Source: Candidatus Micrarchaeota archaeon
GTDB lineage: Archaea; Micrarchaeota; Micrarchaeia; Anstonellales; Bilamarchaeaceae
Length of the DNA: 64,000 nt
Assembly: GCA_016212525.1 (NCBI GenBank)
Contig: JACRGD010000005.1
Span: forward strand, 90,304 to 154,303
Direction: 5' to 3'
In this document: in pieces, positions 56,522-64,000 of the stretch
How positions within the stretch are numbered: the stretch's first letter is position 1
Layout: every line of letters begins with the position of its first letter
Program-made: the position numbers and the translations under genes
Notes under the pieces: generated by a model
Databases searched by the model: none
Told to the model about the DNA's origin: nothing
Seen by the model: the letters and a program-made list of their open reading frames with translations, nothing else

Positions 56522-56794
56522 ATGGCACAAGTAGAAGTAAAAAACGATGGCGCAACTGTTGAAATCGCAGATGGTTCTCTTTTGGCAGATCTAGATGGCA
56601 AATGTTCGATTCTCTTTGCATGTAAAACTGGAAGCTGTGCTTCATGTAAAGTTCGGGTTACTGAGGGCATGGAAAATCTTGAAGCTCCAAATGAATTAGA
56701 GCAATCTGGTCTTGCTACCTTTGCAACCGATCCATCCGAAAGATTGATGTGCGTTTGTAAGATCAAGAAAGGCAAGATAAAAGTCGAGTATTAG
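56522..56794 (+). CDS. 2Fe-2S ferredoxin
   Basis: FACKTGSCASC...ERLMC. Confidence 0.9.
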   Translation: MAQVEVKNDGATVEIADGSLLADLDGKCSILFACKTGSCASCKVRVTEGMENLEAPNELEQSGLATFATDPSERLMCVCKIKKGKIKVEY

Positions 56795-56900
56795 TTTTTT
56801 CTTTTTTCCGTTAGCTTTTTAATCCGAAGTCTGAATGTATACTATTGGTTTTGATTAAACTTGCGTCACGTCCTAAATTTCGTGTCGCTTTAAGTACAAA

Positions 56901-56978
56901 TAGCGAAGCGGTCAAACGCCCTTGCTTTTGGCTCAGTTTTCTTATGTCAAAAGTAAAGAGTTGGTCAAAACCCTAGGA
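56901..56978 (+). repeat. tRNA-associated hairpin element, copy B, preceded by an 18-bp copy of the tRNA-Leu D arm
   Basis: 56901-56918 TAGCGAAGCGGTCAAACG is identical to 57040-57057. The core CCCTTGCTTTTGGCTCAGTTTTCTTATGTCAAAAGTAAAGAGTTGGTCAAAACCCTAGGA aligns with copy A. Confidence 0.75.
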
Positions 56979-57032
56979 TTTTATTAGTTCCGCAAGCGGA
57001 ATCGGAAAGACCATTGGTCTTTCTTAATATGT

Positions 57033-57308
57033 GCAGGAGTAGCGAAGCGGTCAAACGTGACAGACTCAAGAGGCTTTTTGTCTTCAGCCATCCCAAGGCC
57101 AAAAACCCTGGAAAAAGGCTTGAGATATTAGCCAAATAAATAGTTGCGTAATATTCCTATATCAATTGCGATTTGGGAAATCTGTTGGCTCAGCGCCTTC
57201 GAAGGTTCAAAGAGCCCTTTTGGCTTCTGAAAACTTATGGCAAAAGGTCTTCACCCCAAAACCATGAGTCGTAAAATCCAAAAGAGCTGGAAAATCCTTC
57301 CTCCTGCA
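57033..57308 (+). tRNA. tRNA-Leu(CAA) with multiple introns (37/38: 57071-57179; T loop: about 57212-57294)
   Basis: Acceptor GCAGGAG/CTCCTGC with A73, anticodon stem ACAGA/TCTGT, CT-CAA-G, variable arm GGC-TCAGC-GCC, T stem GAAGG/CCTTC; BHB-like junctions. Confidence 0.88.
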
Positions 57309-57311
57309 CTA

Positions 57312-57335
57312 GGCGAGCCCCAAACGGGGCTTGCC
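57312..57335 (+). terminator. GC-rich hairpin directly downstream of tRNA-Leu
   Basis: GGCGAGCCCC-AAAC-GGGGCTTGCC; function uncertain. Confidence 0.35.
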
Positions 57336-57619
57336 GCATACTTATCTGATCTGAGGTCTTACTTCCGTAGGACTTCCTATTTTATCTAAAGACTTCTAAA
57401 AGAGCTGCCTTCTGGGTTTTCCTTCTGCATTTTATGTTGGTTTGAGTTCACTATGGTGAACAGCAACACAATTGCGATTCGCTAAGATAACAAACCACAG
57501 ACAAATCGAACGGTTTGCTATGACTTATCGGCATATTTTTGCCGATATCAACACAGTGTCTAATCTCACAAGCTGGGTTGGGCATTTTGGTCTCCGAGTC
57601 TGTTGCTTTAATCTATTTT

Positions 57620-58261
57620 TCATCGATCCCGATCGCAGAGTGTTCCTCCTACATACAGTACAACTCCTCCATCTGTTACTCCTGTTATTCGCACTTCAAC
57701 TGTGCCTATGGGAGCAGAACTCACTCTTCTTATCGAGTCACCCTCTACCGTCAGTCTAAGGGGAGAATCAGGTTCTCTTACGCAAGATAAGTCTGTCGTA
57801 TTTATTATAACTAATTCTCCCTCTACGTTTACTAGCGTGTATCGGGTTCTATTTACTGCAAAGGGTGCAAAAAATTGAATCGGTCTTTCAAGACTCGAAG
57901 GCGCGGTATCACAAGTTCTTACTAATACTGGAATTGCTGGACATGATTCTGTTGCATCTGGTGGTATGATGACTGGTATGTCGACTGCTGCCAAAGCGTC
58001 TCTTTGGGTTGATCTATCCTCAGCTGCATCTCCTCTCATCGCGTTTGGGTTATTTCTCGCGTCTGGGGTGGTTATCTGGACATCGCGATCGAAAGGCCCA
58101 GGGGTTTTGCTTGCGCATCCCATCATCAAGGCTGCTGTAAAAACATGAATTGCGAATCGTGATCGTGCTGAGCGCGACTCTGTTATCGACTCTGGTTCTG
58201 AGCTGATTTTTGAATTCGTTGTGTTCTGGCTCCTTTTTTCCTCTATTTTTTTTAGTTTCAT
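57620..58261 (-). CDS. Orphan lipoprotein-like protein
   Basis: Hydrophobic stretch ending ALMMGC, D/A/P-rich linker, Cys-containing beta domain. Confidence 0.55.
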   Translation of the reverse strand: MKLKKIEEKRSQNTTNSKISSEPESITESRSARSRFAIHVFTAALMMGCASKTPGPFDRDVQITTPDARNNPNAMRGDAAEDRSTQRDALAAVDIPVIIPPDATESCPAIPVLVRTCDTAPSSLERPIQFFAPFAVNRTRYTLVNVEGELVIINTTDLSCVREPDSPLRLTVEGDSIRRVSSAPIGTVEVRITGVTDGGVVLYVGGTLCDRDR

Positions 58262-58329
58262 AAAGTATATTGATCTGTATGTGTTTATATCTGTTATAGT
58301 TAATGGTTTAAATCTTTGATTTTGATTTG

Positions 58330-58923
58330 TTTCAACTCTTTTGTGTTTTGCGTTTCTTCCCTTTATTCCGAACCGCGGAGGGGGAGCGCCCCTTCCTCAG
58401 TTTGAGGTTCCTTCTGATCCTCCCTACTTACAAAGATCACTCGAAGCGGTTCATGGGTGACTACCCCGCTGCTTGGAGCGGTTGGGATCTTTATTGTCGT
58501 ACGATTTTAGTACTATTTTGCCGGTCGATGGCCCAAGACCTTGAAAAATAACTTCTGCCGTCGTTGATCGAACTAAACAAATTGAATAACTGATTTAACT
58601 AAGGTTGAGACTGCTCCGAAATTATCCATCCAGATCAGGGCCTTTTTAGGCGAGTAAATGAACAAGATCTTGCACTGAGGTTTCCTGATGGTGATGGAAC
58701 TATCTATCTTGGAGGTCAGGAGTGCAATCAGCGTGGACTGGGACCTCACGTTGATGTTAGGGGTGAAATACACCTATGTGTTGGTGAAACAAAATCATAT
58801 GGTAATGTTCGTGAGGTCTCGTTAGATACGGCGTGGACACGAATGCGACAGGAAAACTCAGTGTATCTCAAAACAGGCCGGTTGAATTGTCCCCCCAGGA
58901 ATGCGGCAAGAACTAGGCTATAG
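58330..58923 (+). pseudogene. Degraded radical SAM/SPASM gene
   Basis: Start-less open frame 58609-58923 contains C...VDVRGEIHLC.....YGNVREVSLDTAW...CPPR, SPASM-like; upstream frames are broken by stops. Confidence 0.55.
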
Positions 58924-59075
58924 AGAATACTCTTCATGATAAATGCTCAGAAAAATCGAAAAGAATGGTGAAGACATCTCTAGATGCACGAACTTGAGAT
59001 AAAAAACTAACTGAGGTACATTACTAGGAATCGTTGAAACTGTGGGTATATAAGGCACAATGATAAATCGAAGTA

Positions 59076-59264
59076 ATGGCAAAAAACATTAACTGTGATT
59101 TGTGTCAGAGAGAAGTCAAGGGAAAACCCCATTCAATTTTAATTGAAAACGAAGGAAATCCACAAAAAATAGTTGAGGATTTGGATTCCGTTTGTAATGA
59201 TTGTAGCGAGAAAATACTGTTTTTCATTGAAAACTTAAGGAAGACTGATAAGAAGACTAAATAG
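59076..59264 (+). CDS. Small zinc-finger protein
   Basis: CDLC...CNDC; TATATAA box about 25 nt upstream. Confidence 0.55.
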   Translation: MAKNINCDLCQREVKGKPHSILIENEGNPQKIVEDLDSVCNDCSEKILFFIENLRKTDKKTK

Positions 59265-59594
59265 CTAGAGACGGATGTAGAAATAATCGATTATTTGGGA
59301 ATCCGCCATTTGTTTTCTCTTGAGAAAAATAAAACAAAAATACCAAAAAGCATGCCAATGATGACAAAACCTAGTTTCTGATATGGAACAAATTTATCTA
59401 GGAAAAATGTTAACTCCCAAATAATCAAAACAACTTACAAATAACCTAGAATAACGAATTACCGAACACCCAAGAAATTTTTTATATATGACTAGTTTTG
59501 AAAAGAGCTGCTTAAATGGAGTTTTTATTTTTTAGCGGAAACTAATTAAACTTAACAAGACAATTTACTTCATTTCTATTTAGGTGTAGTAGTT

Positions 59595-62123
59595 ATGACA
59601 AAAAACGACCATTATACGATAGCAGCAGATGCAATTCCGTCTCATTATGAGTTGTATTTTGAACCTAATTTGAAAACTTTTGAGTTTCGTGGTATTGCAA
59701 TAATAACCTTTCAAATCAAAAAGGAAACCAATTCCATCCTTCTTAATGCCAAGGACCTGAAAATACACTCTGCAAAGATAATCTCTTCTGGTTCAGAACA
59801 GGAGTGCTCTTTCAAGCTAATCGACAATAATGAGGTCATTTTTTCTTTTTTAAACCCTGTTAATGGCGAAATAAAGTTGACTATCGAATATGGTGGTGTT
59901 CATAATGATAAATTATATGGATTTTATCGAAGCAGGTACTCTAAAGATGGAAAAGAAGGGTACATTCTAAGTACTCAATTTGAAGCACCAAATGCACGAG
60001 CTGCTTTTCCCTGTTTGGATGAGCCTTCATTCAAGGCAATCTTTGATGTTACTATTGCTACCGATGTTGATTTGGAAGCTATTTCAAACATGCCGATCAA
60101 AGAAACCCGTATTGATGGTGGTAAAAAAGTCTATGTCTTCGAGTCTAGTCCGAAAATGTCCACTTATCTTCTATATTTGGGTGTGGGCAAGTTCGAGCGC
60201 GTAAGTGGTGATGCTGGGAATGTAAAAATGAATGTTTATTCTGTTCCTGGCAAGTCACAATATCAGCAAATGCCTCTCGAATACGGTAAAAAACTCTTCT
60301 TGGACCTCCAAACCTATTTCCAGATCGACTATCCGCTTCCGAAAATGGATTTAATAGCAGTTCCTGATTTTGCAGCAGGAGCAATGGAAAACTGGGGCGC
60401 CATTACTTTCCGGGAAACTGCTCTATTGGGAAATGAGTCTGAGACGAGTGTTGGTGGAAAGCAGCGAATTGCTGAAGTGATAGCGCACGAAATAGCTCAT
60501 ATGTGGTTTGGAGATTTAGTAACTATGGTCTGGTGGGATGATATGTGGCTCAACGAAAGCTTTGCCACATATATGGAATACAAATCCGTGGATCGTGTGT
60601 TTCCTCAATGGAAGGCAATGCAAAAGTATTATCTGGATTCCGTAGGTTCTGCATTTGTTGCAGATGGATTGAAAAATACTCATCCTATTAGCGTTCAGGT
60701 TAATACTGCCGGTGAAATCTCAGAACTCTTTGATGCCATTGGATACAATAAGGGGGGTAGTGTCCTGCTAATGCTTGAAGATTTTGTCGGGCCCCAAATT
60801 TTCCGAAACGGCCTTATCAACTATCTAAAGACTCATGCTTATTCAAACGCCACCAAGAAGGATCTCTGGCATGCGATCGAGCTTGAAAGTCGTTCTGTCG
60901 GTAAGGATTATCCGGTAGTTGAAATCATGGAAGACTGGATTACTCGAGAGGGTTATCCAATCGTAAGCGTGAAAAAAATTACTAATGGTGTTTTTGAAAT
61001 AGAACAGGAACGCTTTACTATCTCTGGAAATGTCAAGGGCGGAATCTGGAAAATTCCAATAACCTATCTTTGCGAAAAAGGAGAGAGAAAATTAATTCTA
61101 CGAGAAAAGAAAACTCGAATTACAAATGCCGGAAGTTGGATCAAACTCAATTACAAACAGGCCGGATTTTACCGGGTTCGATATGAGATCGAAAATCTGA
61201 CTATTCTTGGCGAGTTTATAAGAAATAAAAAACTTGAATCACTAGATGCCTGGGGAATAGAAAACGATCTGTTTGCTCTTCTTCGATCAGGAGAAATTCA
61301 TTTACCTATCTATCTGGATTTTGTTAAAAATTACTGTGTTGATTTACAATATCCTGCAAATGTCAATCTATCTGGCCATTTAAGCTGGCTCACGTCTATC
61401 CTCTTCAATCAGCCCCTTTCGTCTATTGTTAAAGCCGTAAATGTTGGCTATCATGTAAAACTACTCGATTCTCTTGGTTTTGATGTTAAACCAAACGAAA
61501 GCAGTATTGACACTAAACTCAGATCAATGGCACTTTCTGAATTGGGGCTTTGTGGGTATGGTCGTGTGGTCGATTGGTCCAAAAAGCATTTTCAGGAACT
61601 TTTGACTGGAAAATCCTCTATCAATCCCAATCTCAAGCGGCCTATATATTTCACTACTGCGTTCAATAGTCCTGATCTTGAAAAGTTTGATCAGTTCCTT
61701 AAGGTATATGGTGGATCAGGATCTCCGGAGGATAAGATCATTGCTCTTGTTGCTCTTGGGAATCTGGGAGATTCAAATCTCCTCGAATCTGCTCTGAATT
61801 TGGCTCTTTCAAAAGAGGTTCGGCTTCAGGATTCTGTAATTTTGCTGGGTTCTGTTGCATCGAATCCATCGGGTCGTCTACTATATATGAATTGGGCACT
61901 TACAAACTGGAAACGGTTTATGGAACTTTACGATCCATCATCTCATATGCTCAAGAACTGTGTTTCCGGCTTTGGAATGCTCGCGGATGAGGTTTCCTAT
62001 GTTCAACTAAAAACTTTCTTTAGTGACAAGTCCAATTTGAGAGATGACATTAAACTTGAAGTGCTTCAAACCTTTGAGCGAATCGAGGCAAACATCAAAC
62101 TCATTAAGAAAAATGTGCTTTAG
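59595..62123 (+). CDS. M1 family aminopeptidase (puromycin-sensitive / tricorn factor F2-F3-like)
   Basis: STQFE, ARAAFPCLDEP, GAMENWG, HEIAH..WLNES, ERAP1-like C-terminus. Confidence 0.95.
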   Translation: MTKNDHYTIAADAIPSHYELYFEPNLKTFEFRGIAIITFQIKKETNSILLNAKDLKIHSAKIISSGSEQECSFKLIDNNEVIFSFLNPVNGEIKLTIEYGGVHNDKLYGFYRSRYSKDGKEGYILSTQFEAPNARAAFPCLDEPSFKAIFDVTIATDVDLEAISNMPIKETRIDGGKKVYVFESSPKMSTYLLYLGVGKFERVSGDAGNVKMNVYSVPGKSQYQQMPLEYGKKLFLDLQTYFQIDYPLPKMDLIAVPDFAAGAMENWGAITFRETALLGNESETSVGGKQRIAEVIAHEIAHMWFGDLVTMVWWDDMWLNESFATYMEYKSVDRVFPQWKAMQKYYLDSVGSAFVADGLKNTHPISVQVNTAGEISELFDAIGYNKGGSVLLMLEDFVGPQIFRNGLINYLKTHAYSNATKKDLWHAIELESRSVGKDYPVVEIMEDWITREGYPIVSVKKITNGVFEIEQERFTISGNVKGGIWKIPITYLCEKGERKLILREKKTRITNAGSWIKLNYKQAGFYRVRYEIENLTILGEFIRNKKLESLDAWGIENDLFALLRSGEIHLPIYLDFVKNYCVDLQYPANVNLSGHLSWLTSILFNQPLSSIVKAVNVGYHVKLLDSLGFDVKPNESSIDTKLRSMALSELGLCGYGRVVDWSKKHFQELLTGKSSINPNLKRPIYFTTAFNSPDLEKFDQFLKVYGGSGSPEDKIIALVALGNLGDSNLLESALNLALSKEVRLQDSVILLGSVASNPSGRLLYMNWALTNWKRFMELYDPSSHMLKNCVSGFGMLADEVSYVQLKTFFSDKSNLRDDIKLEVLQTFERIEANIKLIKKNVL

Positions 62124-62168
62124 TGACTTCTCTGGGCTCGCATTTTTGTGCGGTTCAGTTCACTAAAT

Positions 62169-63047
62169 CTAATCAAAAAACTCGACTTCAAATCCCTTAC
62201 TCTTATACATCTTATTGTTGCTGGATATTATGAGTGTCTCTATAGGTAATTTATTCGACAATTCAATGCCTTCTTCGAATCCTGCAGTGAATACTGCCTT
62301 TGCATAGACGTCTGCTTCCATTCCTGTTTTTGCCAAAACGAATATGGCCTTTACGCCTGTTGCGGGTTTTCCGATTTTCATATTTATCAGGTGATGTGCA
62401 TTGCCCCATCTCCTGCGATTCGCTGAGGATGCGGCGATTGATCTGCCGTCTAATTCTATCTTTCCTATTGCCCTTTGTGCATCGTCTGGGTGTTCAAGGA
62501 GTACTGGCCACGCTTCCAACTCCTCTCCTTTTTTGGCATATATGTCCCCGCCCCCATTGATGTAGTAATGAAAAACTCCTTTTGATTCGAGTATTCTTGC
62601 GATCCGATCTAGTGCAAACCCCTTACCAATTCCGCCAAAGTCTATTTCCTTCCTTATTAAAACTCGCCTCTGTTTTTCTTCAAATTCTATATCGTTCTCA
62701 TTTCTTATCCATGTCTTTATCTGTCCTTTGGATCTAAATGAATATTGCTGGTCATATCCTAGATCATCCAAAATGGCCTTTACGGTTATGTCAAAATTTC
62801 CGTCTGTCTTTCGTCTAAACTCTTCTCCTCTTCTTATGAGCATGTAAAATTCATCAGAAACAAAGGTCCATTCTCCTAATCGTTTGTTTAGCTTTGATAA
62901 TTCGGAATTGTCTATAAATCTTGAATATGCGGCTTCAATTCTTTTTATTTCATCAAAACATAAAGAAAAAAGATGTGAGTGCTGCTTGGCTAATTTTATC
63001 TCGATGCTAGTACCAAGCAACTCCTCTTTTTGTGCTACTATTTCCAT
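62169..63047 (-). CDS. apbE: FAD:protein FMN transferase ApbE
   Basis: SELSKLN, GNFDITV, IDFGGIGKGFALD, NGGGDI, HHLIN, ADVYA. Confidence 0.92.
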   Translation of the reverse strand: MEIVAQKEELLGTSIEIKLAKQHSHLFSLCFDEIKRIEAAYSRFIDNSELSKLNKRLGEWTFVSDEFYMLIRRGEEFRRKTDGNFDITVKAILDDLGYDQQYSFRSKGQIKTWIRNENDIEFEEKQRRVLIRKEIDFGGIGKGFALDRIARILESKGVFHYYINGGGDIYAKKGEELEAWPVLLEHPDDAQRAIGKIELDGRSIAASSANRRRWGNAHHLINMKIGKPATGVKAIFVLAKTGMEADVYAKAVFTAGFEEGIELSNKLPIETLIISSNNKMYKSKGFEVEFFD

Positions 63048-63053
63048 CTCTTT

Positions 63054-63566
63054 TTAGTTCTCCTGGACTATCTTCTCTACATACTGTTTGAATGCTGCGG
63101 TGGTCAGGGAACTTCCAGCTACGTTCTTGGGTATGTTGAGTTCGGTTATTTTCTTTCCTACTACTAACTCCGGCAGTGCATTATTGAAGTTGTTTATTAT
63201 TTTTGTGGAGATCTGGTTTGTTTGTCCTACTGTTACTGTTGCTGCCTTTATAGTGTCGTTCTCGACCGTTACTGAGATATTCACTGTCTCTGATCCGCTG
63301 TGATAGGCATATGTTACATTTGAAGAATATGTTCCGTCTGCTATTGCCTGATTTATTGTTTCTTGCATTTTCTGTTGGCCTGTTTTATTATCTGAAGCTA
63401 CAACTGTTTTATTATCTTTATTTATCCCTGGTGTTTGAATCTGAGAATTTGCACCTGTTCCTGTGGGAGTTTTGTTGCCTATATCATTTTGTCCTGTACA
63501 TCCAAACAGTAGCATTACTGCCACTAATATAACTACTATAGTCAATGCGTATTTCATAATCATCAC
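63054..63566 (-). CDS. FMN-binding domain lipoprotein
   Basis: LLFGC lipobox; ADGTY, VTVENDTI, VAGSSLTT flavinylation-type motif; adjacent to apbE. Confidence 0.8.
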   Translation of the reverse strand: MMIMKYALTIVVILVAVMLLFGCTGQNDIGNKTPTGTGANSQIQTPGINKDNKTVVASDNKTGQQKMQETINQAIADGTYSSNVTYAYHSGSETVNISVTVENDTIKAATVTVGQTNQISTKIINNFNNALPELVVGKKITELNIPKNVAGSSLTTAAFKQYVEKIVQEN

Positions 63567-63651
63567 TGTCTCTTTATTTTATTCCACATTTTCCGAACTC
63601 TGTTTATAATCATTTCCTGTTCTTGTAGTTAGTCCCTATCCTTGATTATAG

Positions 63652-63999
63652 TCATCTTATTGTTCTGATTTTGTTGTTGGCAGCTCTTTTAAGCCGATCC
63701 ATTATTGCTGTTCCGATCCCCTGTTCTTCTATCGCTTCACAAAAAACAATGTCTGTTTTTTTATGGTCAAAATTTCTCAAAATTCTAAATATGTTCTGCC
63801 CTCTTTCCTTATTCCCAGTTCCTGCAAACTCAACTATCTGGGCACAATGTGAATGCTTTTCAAAACATATTATACCTACTGTCCTGCCTTGTTTTTCCTC
63901 CCTTTTTGTCCTCCGTTCTATGTCCTGGAAGACTTTATTTTTTGGGCCTTTTATTATTACCATCTGGCATTTTGGTGCATAGTGTTTGTATCTAGTTCC
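63652..63999 (-). CDS. sua5: Threonylcarbamoyl-AMP synthase Sua5, C-terminal part (gene continues beyond the window)
   Basis: GTRYKHYAP linker motif; IF..LR.FD, GIGTAIMDRLKRAA Sua5 C-domain. Confidence 0.88.
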   Translation of the reverse strand, partial: GTRYKHYAPKCQMVIIKGPKNKVFQDIERRTKREEKQGRTVGIICFEKHSHCAQIVEFAGTGNKERGQNIFRILRNFDHKKTDIVFCEAIEEQGIGTAIMDRLKRAANNKIRTIR

Positions 64000-64000
64000 T

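Noticed and set aside
56901..56918. Split-tRNA half
   Set aside because: The fragment lacks the acceptor-stem 5' strand, and the adjacent tRNA-Leu gene is already complete.
55889..57308. Functional link between trmI (A58 methylase) and the nearby T-loop intron
   Set aside because: Proximity only; nothing in the sequence supports a connection.
57472..57790. Plus-strand ORFs 57472-57759 and 57539-57790
   Set aside because: They overlap the better-supported minus-strand lipoprotein gene and have no motifs.
58370..58500. Structured ncRNA (RNase P or SRP RNA) in the GC-richer gap
   Set aside because: No GAGGAAAGUCC or SRP helix-8 motif found; a decayed coding sequence explains it better.

Overview
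Archaeal chromosomal window, most consistent with a DPANN lineage (Micrarchaeota-like; inferred from gene content, not from a database search). Core genes include the exosome superoperon (rrp4-rrp41-rrp42-rpl37ae-rpoP-Brix-pcc1-pfdB-DHH), purA, scpB, elp3, argG/argH, a HerA-family ATPase, a non-catalytic tRNA-splicing endonuclease subunit, RNase HI, ychF, cutA, pop5, trmI, an M1 peptidase, apbE and sua5. Accessory content includes a TnpB-only IS200/IS605 element with readable ends, an 11-kb operon of six paralogous CedA/VirB6-like membrane proteins plus a giant Cys-rich surface protein, and several orphan lipoproteins. Three signals stand out. (1) A free-standing LAGLIDADG-HTH endonuclease gene sits between a stranded 5' stub of ychF and a complete ychF whose first codons are heavily recoded, suggesting a homing element that repairs its target with a replacement 5' end. 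(2) A family of short hairpin elements occurs both as introns in tRNA-Leu(CAA) and tRNA-Ser(UGA) and outside them, directly after exact copies of tRNA fragments. (3) RpoP has lost all its cysteines, and the arginine cluster carries a candidate GTTAC-N4-GTAAC operator. All calls come from reading motifs by eye; no searches were run.
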